Below are positions 1 through 13,615 of a stretch of 64,000 nucleotides of DNA, piece after piece. Each line of letters opens with the position of its first letter. The first letter of the stretch is position 1. Origin of the DNA: Octopus bimaculoides (lineage: Eukaryota); assembly GCF_001194135.2 (NCBI RefSeq), contig NC_068982.1, forward strand, positions 39,866,616 to 39,930,615. The letters run 5' to 3'. A program made the translations under genes and the position numbers. The notes under the pieces were generated by a model that was not told the DNA's origin, made no database searches, and saw nothing but the letters and a program-made list of their open reading frames with translations.

Positions 1-31
<31 letters not shown>

Positions 32-344
32 CATATATATATATATACATAAATGCAAACACAGATACACACGCACGCACACACATGTGTGTATGCGATA
101 CATTTATACAAGCACTCCCATTTACATATTCGTATTTTTCTTGTAATTGTGAAATATTTATTTCTTCAACTAGTTTAGCTGGTCTCTGAATGTTAGGTTT
201 AAATTACCCTTTGAATGATAAATTTAGGCTCTCGAGCCGCTTTGCTATGCAAACCTAACGCTTTGCAATGTTTGTATTTTTACTGCTTCCGATGGTTAGA
301 TGTTATGGATGGATACAATATATAAGAATGTATTACGAAATACT

Positions 345-731
345 CTCTTTTACTCTTTTACTTGTTTCAGTCATTTGACTGCGGCCATGCTTGAGCACCG
401 CCTTTAGTCGAGCGGAAATCGACCCCAGGACTTATTCTATCGATCTCTTTTGCCGAACCGCTAAGTTACGGGGACGTAAACACACTAGCATTGGTTGTCA
501 AGCGATATTGGGGTGGAACAAACACATACACACAAGCATACATATATACATATATACATATATACGACGGGCTTCTTTCAGTTTCCGTCTACCAAATCCA
601 CTCACAAGGCTTTGGTCGACCCGAGGCTATAGTAGAAGACACTTGCCCAAGGTGCCACGCAGTGGGACTGAAACCAGAACCATGTGGTTGGTAAGCAAGC
701 TACTTACCACACATCCACTCCTGTGCCTATA
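345..731 (-). mobile_element. tRNA-derived SINE, family A, full length
   Basis: The minus strand has a tRNA-like head (A-box-like gtggatgtgtggtaag, B-box-like ggttctggtttcagtccc), a body with an internal (TA/CA)n tract, and a tail ending gcagtcaaatgactgaaacaagtaaaagagta. Homologous copies occur at 1666, 11944, 35990 and 46115. Confidence 0.9.
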
Positions 732-1055
732 GACCGTGATATAATGTATTTTATTGTAGACTAACTAAATGAAAACAATTTAATGCATATACAGAAAAAT
801 AAAGGTATTTCACCGGTGCACAATTGTGTTTCTGAAAACTGGATGTATTCATCCTGGAAAATATTCAAACTGGAGAATATGTAAGAATGTTGATTTTACT
901 AAGATATCCCCACGCGACTCAGTAGCACGGAGGTCACGAACTGTAAACGACATCATAGTAGTACTTCACCAGAATTTAATTTCTTTTCTTTTTATTTGCA
1001 AGTTGAATAAAAACTGCGAATGCACCAACAACTATTGTGTGTGTGTCTGTGTGTT

Positions 1056-1092
<37 letters not shown>

Positions 1093-1665
1093 TTGTGTGC
1101 GCATGCGTGCGTGTGTGTGAGAGAGAGAAAAAAGAAAGAAAGAGAATAAGTGTGTATGCGCGAGCTTATGTCTGTATAATTTTGTGTCAGTCTCAGTGTA
1201 AATACATATGCGTATTTATTCAATTTGGAGCTGTGAGTGAGATAGAATTCATTATTAATTGATTATTAACTTAACTAATTAAAAACTTTCTGCCTACTGT
1301 TTTTAACCTATTTTTTTGATGATCATCGATTTCTGAAAAGTATAATTACGACACATAACTAATAGAAATCCATAATTTCCAATGAATTCTTTGGAATATC
1401 ATTCTGTCAAAATGCTGACGTCAAAACGTCCTTTGAGACTAAAAGCGAGAATTAAATCATGGATTTTGATTTCTATTAAATGCATTAGATTGCAAAATTA
1501 TTGAGAATGCTGAATAAACACTTTAGTAAGAGACAATCTAAAGTAACATGGGTATGATATAGAATTGTTACAATCGATGTTTAGGAAAAGGATCTGTCTC
1601 GTAAAATATTAAGATCAGCTCAATAATGTTGGCCAAATAATAAATTCAGCATAGAATATACATAT

Positions 1666-2345
1666 ATAGCCGCAGGTGTGACTGTGTGGTAAGAAACTTG
1701 CTTCCCAACAGAAGGCGGCAAGCTGCCAGAAACGTTAACACGCTGCGCGAAATGCTTAGCGGTATTTCGTCTGCCGTTACGTTCTGAGTTCAAATTCCAC
1801 CGAGGTCGACATTGTTTTTCATCCTTTCGGGGTCGATAAATTAAGTACCAGTAATCGACTTAATCCCTTTGTCTGTCCTTGTTTGTCCTCTCTATGTTTA
1901 GGCTCTTATGAGCAATAAAGAAATAAGAAACTTGCTTCCCAACAACAATCAGTGCATGGTACCTTGAGCAAGTGTCTTCTGCTATAGCTTCAGCCGAACA
2001 AGGCCTTGAGAGTTGATTTGGAAGAGGGAAGCTGAAACAAGCCCTTCGTACGTATGTATATTTATATCTATATGTGGGTGTCTTTTGGTCTGTGTTAATC
2101 CCCCCACCCCCACTCCACCGCTTACCAAACGGTGTTGGGTGTTTACGTCCCCGTAACGTAGCAGCTCGGCAAGTGTGGCGATAGCATAAGTAGTGGGCTT
2201 TAAAAAAAAGTTCAGGTGTCGAATTATTCGACTAAGAAATCCTTAGTCGAATGTACCGACAAAATGTACCGACAGAATAAGTACTAGGGTTACAATGAAT
2301 AAGAATTGTCGTGTGACCGTTTTGTTCAACTAAAGGCGGTGCTAT
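1666..2345 (+). mobile_element. SINE family A, interrupted by a nested family B SINE, with a rearranged tail
   Basis: Head gcaggtgtgactgtgtggtaag at 1672, resuming after 1944 with ccttgagcaagtgtcttctgctatagc. The tail segment is partly duplicated at 2226-2345. Confidence 0.8.
1711..1923 (+). mobile_element. SINE family B nested in a family A SINE, 21-bp target-site duplication
   Basis: Homologous to the minus-strand copy at 55432-55655. Flanked by identical taagaaacttgcttcccaaca at 1690-1710 and 1924-1944. Confidence 0.85.
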
Positions 2346-2458
2346 AAAATAGTAAAAAAAAAAAAACGTAGAACAAAAACAACCAGGTAAAAACAACAAC
2401 GCGAGGACGTGGTACATGCAAAGTATTAGCAGACGCTCAGGGAAGCAAAGAAAGGTAG

Positions 2459-2493
2459 ATTTTACGTTTCGAGCAAAGCGCTTCCTCAGAAAC
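2459..2493 (-). ncRNA. Degenerate minimal type I hammerhead motif (Penelope-type)
   Basis: Minus strand: gttt CUGAGGA a gcgc uuu gcuc GAA acgu A aaau. Core intact, palindromic ACGU stem III, GUA site, one mismatch in stem II, weak stem I. Confidence 0.4.
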
Positions 2494-4989
2494 AGGAGGC
2501 GGACGAAAGTCCAAGAGAAAAGGAAGACAGAGGACAAAATTCGCCAACGATACACATGTGGTCACATTTTGAAACGTATATATATANNNNNNNNNNNNNN
2601 NNNNNNNNNNNNNNNNNNNNNNNNNNNNNNNNNNNNNNNNNNNNNNNNNNNNNNNNNNNNNNNNNNNNNNNNNNNNNNNNNNNNNNNNNNNNNNNNNNNN
2701 NNNNNNNNNNNNNNNNNNNNNNNNNNNNNNNNNNNNNNNNNNNNNNNNNNNNNNNNNNNNNNNNNNNNNNNNNNNNNNNNNNNNNNNNNNNNNNNNNNNN
2801 NNNNNNNNNNNNNNNNNNNNNNNNNNNNNNNNNNNNNNNNNNNNNNNNNNNNNNNNNNNNNNNNNNNNNNNNNNNNNNNNNNNNNNNNNNNNNNNNNNNN
2901 NNNNNNNNNNNNNNNNNNNNNNNNNNNNNNNNNNNNNNNNNNNNNNNNNNNNNNNNNNNNNNNNNNNNNNNNNNNNNNNNNNNNNNNNNNNNNNNNNNNN
3001 NNNNNNNNNNNNNNNNNNNNNNNNNNNNNNNNNNNNNNNNNNNNNNNNNNNNNNNNNNNNNNNNNNNNNNNNNNNNNNNNNNNNNNNNNNNNNNNNNNNN
3101 NNNNNNNNNNNNNNNNNNNNNNNNNNNNNNNNNNNNNNNNNNNNNNNNNNNNNNNNNNNNNNNNNNNNNNNNNNNNNNNNNNNNNNNNNNNNNNNNNNNN
3201 NNNNNNNNNNNNNNNNNNNNNNNNNNNNNNNNNNNNNNNNNNNNNNNNNNNNNNNNNNNNNNNNNNNNNNNNNNNTATATATATATCAATGAACATGACA
3301 AATTTACACATACACACTCACGATACACAGACGCAAAAAATACAAATCGATGTTTGGAAATTTCTCAATATATATCGTTTGAAGTGTCTGCAAGATTTCA
3401 CCACTGGCACTCTTTATTACTATTATCAGCATAGCCAACAAATGTCAGAGTTGATGCTTTTACTCTTTTAAAGAATCAAATGTTATGTTAAGCCACAAAC
3501 CCGTCTATAGAGGACAGAACGTATTCTTTAACTCAAAAACAGCTTCCGTAATCTTTGAGCGCTTCATGCATGTAATTGTTTGCACGAATGTAGAAATTCT
3601 TTTCTTTTTTTTTCCTACATAGAATATTGTTGTAAATATTTAAATATAACGAAATGTACTCGTGCATTATCATACCCTGGAGATACACTTGCAGGGTGAA
3701 CAATTCGTTGCACTACAGGAAATTTAAGAAAATTCAGTAACTTAAACGTGAAACTAATTAAGAATGACAGATTTCAAATCTTTCCTAAGGAAGTATATTG
3801 AATGAAATTATATATATTATTAAAGGTGTCTCCTTTCATTCTTTTATAGGACATATTCAATATAGTAAACAGTAAAAATAAATGGCGGCAAGTTTTTAGC
3901 GAAATATCTTAGCAAGTAATTTTAAATCGCAAAGGGTAATGTGTCTCATCAACAAAACTGACTTGTGTCCGGTCACCACTATTTACTTTCATATTTTCCA
4001 AAATATTTATACTCCCTCTGATTTGGCAACAATATACATTAATGCGAAGATTAGATTTGAATGAAATTTATTATGCTGTCCTATCAAAATAAACTCCTAC
4101 GTCATACAAGCGCATTTTGATTGATTATCCCAAGACGATAAAATGTGATTAGCTGGGAGAATATTAAAACATCGGTAAGATTTATATTTAGATATTATCC
4201 TTTTATTCTTTTATTATTTTATTTGTTTCAGTCATTTGACTGCTGCCATGCCGGAGCAACACCTACATGATTGTATCGCAATTTTTGCAGTATCTGATTA
4301 ATGCAGATACGTCGGCGAAGCATCTTCATCTCCCTTACAAATATCAGAAAGCATTTCAAAGCAATATATCGCGGAACTAATGATTTATTGTTCTTTATTT
4401 CTATTTAGTAGTAGCTTCCTTAAACAGTTGTATTATATACCAAGATGTCATCATTTAGTTTCACCCAACGCCTCTCTAAAACAATACTTTTCAATTTTGT
4501 TTGAGTTTTAGTGGTTAAAGTTACGCTGGAGCAGAGCGTCGGCTAAAATGCATTTCGATAGTTGTTCCGGCTCAATATATATACATACTTATATGTGCGT
4601 GTGGGTTCTTGTGTGTGTGTGTGTGAGTGTGTGTACACGCAGCATTTCCTTATTTATTGTTTTCAACTATTTTTCTTGAATATTAATCACAATAAGTTGT
4701 AAAATCTATACAAACGGTAATAACTGAAAAATGTAATGGAAATAAGAACAAGATTTATTACCAAAATTACATTGTTATAGTTAGTTTTATGATTTTTTTC
4801 TGTTTTTGAATGCTGCTTGTGATTGAAATTTAAGTTTTAAATTAGAGATTCGTCAAACATTTCAGATGTTTTATTTAACATATTTCTTGATTGCTTTAGT
4901 CGGATATGATTATCTGCTAAGCTGACTGAAGTCGATGAGACCAACGCACATATTGATTTGATAGAAAGCGAATGAAAAAATATTAAATA

Positions 4990-5385
4990 TTTTTGTGTCT
5001 ATGTTTAAGAAGCACGTAGCATGTAGCCGCTTGGTACAGATTGACATTGAACTCTGCTGCGCATGTGCACTGAGTTTTGACGTTCTGGCTCACTTCTACT
5101 GATTCCAGCAGTGCTTTGAAGTAACGTGTGTAGGGTGTGATCGTCGCATTCACCATGAGAGAGAAAGCTGTCCTGATGATACCTGTTCAGAGTAATCAGA
5201 GGATGTGCACATTCGTTACGGTTCAGTCCATTATCACTGAAGATTTAGGTATCAGACGCGTGTCTGCCAAGTTCGTGCCAAAACTGCTTTCAGCTGACCA
5301 AAAGGACACTCGGGTTTCATTTGCACAAAATCTCCTTGATTGTGTCGATAACGATGAAAACCTTTTTGGAAACTTTGCGTAGTCC
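4990..5385 (+). pseudogene. mariner transposase remnant (5' end plus internal fragment)
   Basis: ORF 5137-5382 contains IITEDLGIRRVSAKFVPKLLSADQKDTRV, the mariner linker (WVPxxL-type) motif. 5126-5165 is homologous in inverted orientation to 5440-5490. Confidence 0.8.
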
Positions 5386-5399
5386 TCTGAGCAGGTATC

Positions 5400-5634
5400 G
5401 TCAAGCTTTTGGCAAGAATTTGATGCAGATAGATTCTATGCTCAACTTTCTCTGTCGTCATCAGTGCGACGAACACACGCTACACACGTTATATCCAAGA
5501 TCTGCTGTAAACAGCGGGAGTGAGCTAGAACGTTAAAAGTTAGTTCACATGGGCAGTACAGTTCAAGGTCAATCTGTATGTTTTAGCTTCGTTAGTCTTG
5601 CAACAGTCTGGATACATATTGATCAGACCACGTA
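5400..5634 (-). mobile_element. mariner 5' end with TIR
   Basis: The minus strand begins tacgtggtctgatcaatatgtatccagact (TA plus TIR-like) and encodes a frameshifted MTTEKVEHRI transposase start. Homologous to 12395-12637. Confidence 0.7.
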
Positions 5635-5698
5635 CACATCGTTGAGAAAAAATTCTACAGCTTTAAGACCAGATCAGATTTTAAGATACGTGAATATA

Positions 5699-5923
5699 TA
5701 TTCCAAGGGTGCTGAGACGTTCCTGGCTTTAAGGGTATTGCAAAAGGTCTGTTTGGAAGCAAAACCTTCCGAGTTCTTTTATAGGGCTTAAAAAACTGAA
5801 CAACCGAGGGAATAGGTGTGTATGAATATGAGAGGCGAGTATATGTTGAATAAAATCGTAATTAACTGATCCTCCTGTATTTTCTTTTAACCAAAGCAAG
5901 GAACTTTTCAGCACTACTTCGTA
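5699..5923 (+). mobile_element. mariner-derived MITE (about 220 bp)
   Basis: Imperfect TIRs gggtgctgagacgttcctggcttt / aaagcaaggaacttttcagcac with TA ends. The interior resembles a mariner C-terminus (KL..R..RC.N.RGEY). Confidence 0.75.
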
Positions 5924-5936
5924 TGTGTGTGTGTGC

Positions 5937-5995
<59 letters not shown>

Positions 5996-6532
5996 CATAT
6001 ACGTATGTACTTGTGTGTGTGTGTTGTGCGTGGAAAGCTGTTGCTTTTATTTCACATACATGAAGTAACTTGGTTCGGATCGAGTCCAGCTTGGACAGGG
6101 AAACCGGATAACGGAACACATTTGGAAGAAAATTACATTAACGATATGAATGCCGATGGAAAGTTTAACCACTTATAAGCAAATTCAATGAGCAATTTGT
6201 TCAGTGCGTTGAATATTTGGATACTGATCGCCGAAACCGACGACGACCCATATCATCTGCAAAAGAAAAGAAAAAAAGTACACACAATTAACAGCAATTA
6301 CGAACGTACTGTCCCTTTGGCTAGCACTACAGCGACATTACTTACGGTATACTAATTTCAAATGTCCATTAAGTGCATTCATTGCCTTCCTTGTTAATAA
6401 TTCTAAATGTTAAAAAAAAATCTTTTCTCCGTGACTTCCATAACCGTTCGCCAATTAATGGCTACGAGACAAAAATACATTGTGGTTTCCTACACTAACG
6501 GGACAAACATTGCGGCTGCTGGATGCCACTGT

Positions 6533-6645
<113 letters not shown>

Positions 6646-8206
6646 TGTCTGGGATACAATTGTCACTAAACCCACGGATATTCTAGACTGCATTCAGTGA
6701 AAGACCACTCCACTGATCAATATGAAACCACTCGCAATCACGGATCGACCTCTGACCACAGATCTATGGTCTCCGCTCTCTGTCATTCCTACAATTACTT
6801 CAGTAGCATAGGCTCATCGGATCAGGCTGGTCACTTCCACTCAAGTACACTGGACTTCTTTGTCTATCCTCCTCTCATCACCTACATTGTCCGCCTTACC
6901 CTTTCTCAAAGCCGATATTAACCCCAAAATCCAATCCAATTCTTAGTCCCCAAATATTATGCGATTGGAATGCTCCGCTTGCACTTACATTTTCTGTAAC
7001 AGTTTTAGTGGAACGTTAGCTGCATCAACTTTACTAACCTCAATCGAATAAAAAATGAAAAAAACAAACAAACAAACAAAAAACAACTACTGCGGCTGCC
7101 GGCGCCCTTGCCTCTACTGTTTCTGTTTCTATTGTTGCTGCTATTGTTGCTGCTATTGCAGCTCCAGCAACTGACCGTTGCAGTTAACATACTATTCCAA
7201 GCCTTTCTGTTCTGTAAACCAGTTGCAAAAACGTTCTTGTTAAATAAGAAAATTGCAACGACCTTGTAAGCCTTGAAGTTATTTAGAAAGACGAACATAG
7301 GAATAAAAATACTAATTTATAACAAAAGCATCCCTCCACACATTTTATTAGTGAGATGTCCCCAAGTGTATCAATTCCGGCAGTTAACTGGTTCTATTTC
7401 AAAACAGAATCGTAAGAACTGTAATGTATTAGAGTATACACAACAGTAACAACTCTGAGGTAAATACAAAACAGTCAAATGCACGACCTTTTGTATATTT
7501 TCCGGTGAATAGTCACAAAGAACACAAGCAAAATATCTCCCCAACCAACGATTGACATCGATGCATTTTAGTTTTTTTTTTTTCTCTGTTTTTCTTATTT
7601 CATGGGATGCGATTTTACAGGATGTAATTCGGTATTGTTTTAACGTTGGCCGCTAAATGAGGGTCAATATGTGAGTAATTGCACGTATATGAGTGCTAAC
7701 AACGTCCATAGTTATAGACGTTTACTTTCATGGCAACACGTGGGTGTAGGAACTATTACGGAAGGATAAGATATTACCATTAATATGAAATGTTTCCCCG
7801 TCAGTTGTTCATGATTCCGTTGATGTCGAAACCATTACAGAAAGACTAGATAATACCTTTAATATAGAGAATGCTTCAGTTTTTATTGTTCTTGATATTA
7901 AACGTGATATTATTATTATTATTACAATTTCGCCCCATGTAGATGTACAATGAAAGGCGATTCAGCTTTCACAATGTTTTCTTGTCTCTGTTATGTATGT
8001 ACTATGACTTCTGCAAGTAGGCAGGATGTAACTTTATGGTGAATTAGCAACTCTTTTTGGCTAGTTGAGTGACTACATTGTTAATAGATAAATTGGTGAT
8101 GGCAATATGAATAACATACTTCTCATCAAGTATATAAAATCATCCAAAAAATTATCACAAAATCGGCAGCGGCTATAAGACTGAGTGGATTAAAACAATG
8201 ATTGCT

Positions 8207-8284
<78 letters not shown>

Positions 8285-8404
8285 TACTATCATAAGCCCT
8301 GTCCGGCCACAGTAAGATGAATTTCCTGTGATATTTTACTCTTTTTTTTTTCCTGAATCATTTGGTTAATTAGCTGCGGCTGTATACAGCCAAACACCTT
8401 CTTT

Positions 8405-9400
8405 CATCCTACTTCAAGTATAATAATGTTGTTGGTAGCACAATGATCCCGGAAGAAAAAATTGACGCAGTCAGTGTATAAATTTTGCATGGCGTTCTGG
8501 AAGACTACTGGGTGGTAGTTTTTAGCAAGGGTGGTTCGGCTATTTTGGGTGATGAAGAGAATAGTTGTAGTTGATAGCCATTGGGACATTTCTTGTGTGC
8601 CTGTGATATTCTCTTCATACAGCCATATGAAACATTACCGATAAAAGGTGAATTTCTTCAGCCAGTGACCTCCTATGCGATCTGGGCTTGCTGGTTTCCT
8701 GTTTCACATTTTCTGTAGAACTGTTTCCAGTATTTCGCCGTCTATTTCACATTGCTTTGCTAGACACACTGACAGTAGATCTATACAGCTTGTTTGTTGG
8801 ATTTATCATTCGTTTCCCATACATGTTACCAGCAGCCAGCAGCTAGACACTCTGTGGGGTTGTCTTTTAAAAAATTCAACTATTCGCATTGAAGCTGCAA
8901 TAAACTGTCTTGGGGTCTCGGGTCTCTGGAAAGTAATTTATTGAGCTATTACTGTTAATATGTTGTATATTAATATTTTAGTTTAAAAGCAGTATCTGTG
9001 AGTTGTTTTAACTGGTGTCGTTTGGGGATTAGATTTTTGAATCCTGTATCACCAAATCGTCTCTAGTTTTTTTAAGGTCTTCCTAATGTCGTGTGGTGTT
9101 CTTTCAGTTATATCTCATAAATACAACGAGGTGTGAGATACTTCTTGCAGGAATAAAATTATATTTTTTAAGTTAAATGCCTATGCTGGTTTAAGCTTTC
9201 TGCTTGTATCTTGATTGCGCGGCTTCAGCACTTTATGGTACACTGGTAATGTAATGGCTGAGGCTTGCATACAATTTTAATAGTTTCAATGGTTGCTTTC
9301 ATAATTCTGGAGTGTAGTCGTCAGAATTGTCTGCCACTTATTCTAATTTACTGCTTTTTCTTTGTTTTCACTAGTGTTGCATGACCTGTCATTCAAATTA
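8405..9400 (-). pseudogene. R4/Dong-like non-LTR retrotransposon remnant (RT N-terminal region)
   Basis: Minus translation RKPASPDRIGGHWLKKFT...SQWLSTTTILFITQNSRTTLAKNYHPVVFQNAMQNLYTDC matches the K.PGPD.I...WLK / WLT.G.T.L / NYRPI.C.N..YKL pattern of R4-clade RTs. Stops are present. Confidence 0.75.
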
Positions 9401-10102
9401 AGGCTGTGCACCTAATGGAAAATAACATCCCAGATCACTTGTAAGGAGGGAACAAGTTTTTGCTGTTCTATTTTTACAGTATAGTGTGGATTTCAGCTAA
9501 ATTGCTGGTGTTTTCTGTTCGATGTACATATGCATTTATATATACATGTTTTTCTATGAGTTTTATTTAAATTCTTCTTAAGAGAGTTCAAGCCGGTCGC
9601 TGACAAGTCGACAAGGCTTTTTGAATCCAGAGAGTTCCCGTTGTTTATAGATATATGGATGAGTTGGTGTGTTGCTTGGGCTGACGATCCTCACACCCAT
9701 GTGTCTACATCAATTTGTCTAAAACACCTCAGATGTAGAATATTTGGAATGACATGTATGTATGTGTATGTATGCATACATGTATGCATGCACGTATGTA
9801 TGCAAGTAAGTATGTATGTATTTATGCATGTATGCATGTATGCATGTATGTATGTATGTATGTATGTATGTATGTATATATATACATGTATGTATGTATG
9901 TGTCTGTGAATGTTATCAGTCACACTAAGAGCGACTTGGCCCATATGGCCACAATGGAAAAATTCAGAACGAACTGTGCGGGTGGGGGCGCTATATATCT
10001 GCTCGCCACTACACAGAGACTTAAATCGCTAGACAAAAGCATAGTGCATATTACAAAGTCACATTAGTTGAAGAAATAAAGATATTCTTTTTTTTGTACT
10101 AT

Positions 10103-10170
<68 letters not shown>

Positions 10171-11856
10171 CTATCTATCCGCCCGTCTTTCTGTCTGTCT
10201 GTCTGACTATCTGTATGTCTGTCTGTCTCTCTGTCAGTCTGACTGACTGATTGACTGACTGACTCTGTCTACTTGACCACATAACTTGCCAGCTACCTGT
10301 GCATCTATGAATATTTGAATGCATCAATACCTATATTTATGTATACATATATCTCCGCGCACGATTTGTTAACTACGGGCAGTTAGTTTATGCTGCGATG
10401 CTTGGCTATCAAAATATTTAACGGCTTCCAGCAGTTGTATTCGAACAATCGATGGTACATATGGCATGAAGCTTTCAGTGAGTTTCTAAGTAGTGAGACT
10501 ATATTTATAATAATGCAAATGTCCACCGTGATTTAATATCCATATGAATTATAAACATCCTTGCGGCCATACTTGATACAATTATACGTGCCTTCATCGA
10601 AATTCTTCTGACACTTTAATTACTTTGAAATGACAACTCGTAAATACTTCAATTGTTCTATCTCGAACAGTAGCTCTTCTGAAATCTTTAAAACCTTCTA
10701 AAATCTTTAATTTAATAGATGGTAATGTTTTGCAATGGAACTCGCATCTTATTGCCTTATAGATTGCTTGCAATATACATTGCTTGCAATATATATCAAG
10801 AATTTAAAATAGTTCAGTCGAAATTCTAGAAATTGGCAGCTAGGCACCGCTTCGTGTTAAAAAGGAAAGGATACATTAAATAACTTCCTACAAGAACTGA
10901 ATTTACTACTGAATAATTTTTATCCTATTTTTGTTCAAACTAAAGTAATATAACAGCTGGTATAAAAGCTCCCGCAAATCTAAAATCAAATACTATTTCA
11001 TCTGTTTTGTGTCAACATCTGCAGTAGTTAAGAGACGCGGTTTCAGGTGATTGAAATTCTGGGGATGACATAGTATAGCATAATGGTTAGCGTGAGGAAT
11101 GGGTGGGCGTAAGTGTCAAGAGTGCCGAGAGGTAGAGGAGCGAGAGGAACGGTGTTTGAAGGGTAAAGGTACGAGGCCATTATAATAGCGGAAGAAGTGA
11201 GAGAGAGAGAGAGAGAGAGAGGTGGGAGAGAGAGGGGGAGAGAGTTAGAGAGAGACCAAGAAAGGGTAATTCAGTTAGTGAGAAAGAGAGAAAGGAGACA
11301 GCCATCACGTTTGAGTGCCAGAGGTTTGATGCCAGAGACAGCCAGCATGTTTGTGTGCCAGTGAACGGCGTGTCAATCAGTTGAGTTGACCATCTCCGTA
11401 CATGATTCAGGATGTCATTGGGCGTAGACGAAACGCTAATCCCAGACATGCAGGAGTGTTCCTTGTAGGCCTTACTTTCTCTTGTAGATTATCAGTAGGT
11501 GCTTGGAGCTGAAATATCTGCTGAATATGAAGAAAAGTATTTTGGGATTTTGATTTTAAGTGTAACAAGAATGTGCATTCGTCAGAAGAGATTATAGTTA
11601 ATAGCGAGGTCCGGCATGTAATTTCGTCAGTAGAGATCCTTGGTGATAGTGAAATTTAGAAAGTGCAAATGCCTTAGTTGAGAGATAAGGTGCGGTGGTA
11701 TTTCCAATTTTTTCTTTTTGTTTTCTTTTTCTTTTTTTATTGCTGTTAAATGAGACAAGGTCTTCGTTAATGGAATCATTGTAGGCTTGTAGGTTTGTCT
11801 TGTGGTGACTCGGTTGCGTGTAGATGACATATACTTGCGGTATAGGAATGGGGAAT

Positions 11857-11943
11857 GCAGGTAATCCCAGACTCCTGAATGCAGATAATCCCAGACTCCT
11901 GAATGCAGATAATCCCAGACTCCTGAATGCAGATAATCCCAGA
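11857..11943. repeat. 24-bp minisatellite, 3.6 copies
   Basis: gcagataatcccagactcctgaat units start at 11857, 11881 and 11905, with a partial unit at 11929 abutting a SINE head. Confidence 0.95.
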
Positions 11944-12368
11944 TGCAGGACTGGCTGTGCGGTAAGTAGCTTGCTTGCCGACCACATGGTCACGTGGCAC
12001 TTTGGTAGACGAAAACTGGAAAAAAACAGTCGTATATATGTATATGTGTGTGTGTATGTGTGTGTGTGTGTTTTTATGTGTGTGTATGTGTGTGTGTGTG
12101 TTGTGTGTGTGTCTGTGTGTGTGTGTCTGTGTGTGTGTGTGTGTGTGCGTGCGTGTGAGTGTGTGTCTGTGTTTCTCCCCAACATCGCTTGACAACCGAC
12201 GTTGGTGTGTTTACGTTCTCGTAACTTAGCGGTTCGGCGAAAGATACCGATAGAATAAGTACTAGGCTTACAAAGAATAAGTCCTGGGGTCTATTTACTC
12301 GAGTAAAAGGCGGTGCTCCAGCATGACCGCAGTCAAATGACTGAAACAAGTAAAAGAGTAAAAGAGTA
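11944..12368 (+). mobile_element. SINE family A
   Basis: Head gcaggactggctgtgcggtaagtagcttgc, internal (TG)n tract, tail gcagtcaaatgactgaaacaagtaaaagagtaaaagagta. Confidence 0.9.
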
Positions 12369-12394
12369 GGTTCCTGAGCGGGTATCGCTAAGAT

Positions 12395-12637
12395 TTTGGC
12401 AAAATTTGATGCACATTCTCTGCTCAACTTACTCTGTCACGGTCAATACGACGATCACAAGCTACACACGTTAATTCCAAGCACTCCTATAAACGGCAGA
12501 ACTGAACCAGTACTTTAAGAATTAGTGACCATGTACAGTAGAGTCCAAGGTCAAATTTGTATCAAGCGAGTTTACTCTGTGTGCATTCACTTAGCTACTG
12601 TGGCAACAGTCCGGATACTTATTGATCAGACCATGCA
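12395..12637 (-). mobile_element. mariner 5' end fragment
   Basis: Aligns with 5400-5634 and ends in the TIR-like agtccggatacttattgatcagaccatgca. Confidence 0.65.
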
Positions 12638-12779
12638 GGTGTGCATTATCAAGGCTTTACAGTTAGGTAACGTTCTACAACCACTAGTGGGCGGTATTGA
12701 ACATCTCACCAAGTCTTGATACGTTAATTTCCTCCTTAGGAGTGATAAGGCGAAAATGGAGTCTGATAGCATTCACTAA

Positions 12780-13010
12780 CAAAAGGACATCTTTCAGAGT
12801 GATAGCCTGTCAGTGTTATTAAACTTACTATCTCATCTGCTCCAAAAATATAGTGACCATAGAAATGGATTCAAAAGGATCTCCCATATTTTCTTTATCG
12901 ACGACCTAAAAGTGTATTAGCCAAATATCAACCACATAAAAATGCAATTGCACTTCATAACCCAATTTTCGACAGATTGAAAGTTGGTGAGTCCAATTGT
13001 GCATTTTTGA
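12780..13010 (+). pseudogene. Non-LTR (R4/Dong-like) reverse transcriptase fragment
   Basis: Translation IFQSDSLSVLL...RISHIFFIDDLKVY* corresponds to the degenerate FQGDSLSPLLF and ISHLF(Y/F)xDDLKLY RT motifs. Confidence 0.7.
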
Positions 13011-13546
13011 CAATGACTGTGGGTAAATATAAGCCCCTTTTCCATTCGTTTCATAATATGACAAACTTAATAGGGAACAACAAATATGAGTCAATATGCA
13101 CAAAAAATTACATCAACATGCTTCTATGAACACATACTAGAAAAGTGGAAACCATGAGTGTGCAACACGTCTAATAAACAGTTATGATATAGCTTGAGGT
13201 AATGGTCTTGTTTGCTGTAAGCCTCTAATGATTTCATTATGTAATCAGCGTCTGTGATATTTCGATACTTAGCAAAAATTTACATTATTGAAATCCATGT
13301 ATTAATGTAGTGAATAAACCTAAAATCTTATATCCATTCTTGTTTTCTCCATGCATTCTGTGTTCAAAATATCGATGGATAACTGCAGTATGATATATAG
13401 ATCAGAAATGATATTTCTCTTCACGAATTCTGTAAAACCGTGCACAGGGAATTCTAAATATTGGTTATATATAACCTCTAAACATCGTATAACAGAAATA
13501 AATGCACACGTGTCTACGCGTGTTTAGATATATGTATGTATATAAG

Positions 13547-13615
<69 letters not shown>

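Noticed and set aside
5444-5470. CUGAUGA...GAAA on the minus strand inside the mariner fragment (similar hits at 9295-9325, 41453-41470 and 41675-41695)
   Set aside because: No stem II pairing; these are chance matches in transposase or LINE remnants.
11280-11640. Possible LINE/PLE 3' end with two ttcgtcag motifs
   Set aside because: No GAAA or stem II on the minus strand, and the translation is not assignable.
11857-11943. CRISPR-like appearance of the 24-bp repeats
   Set aside because: The units are contiguous with no spacers, there are no cas genes, and the context is eukaryotic.
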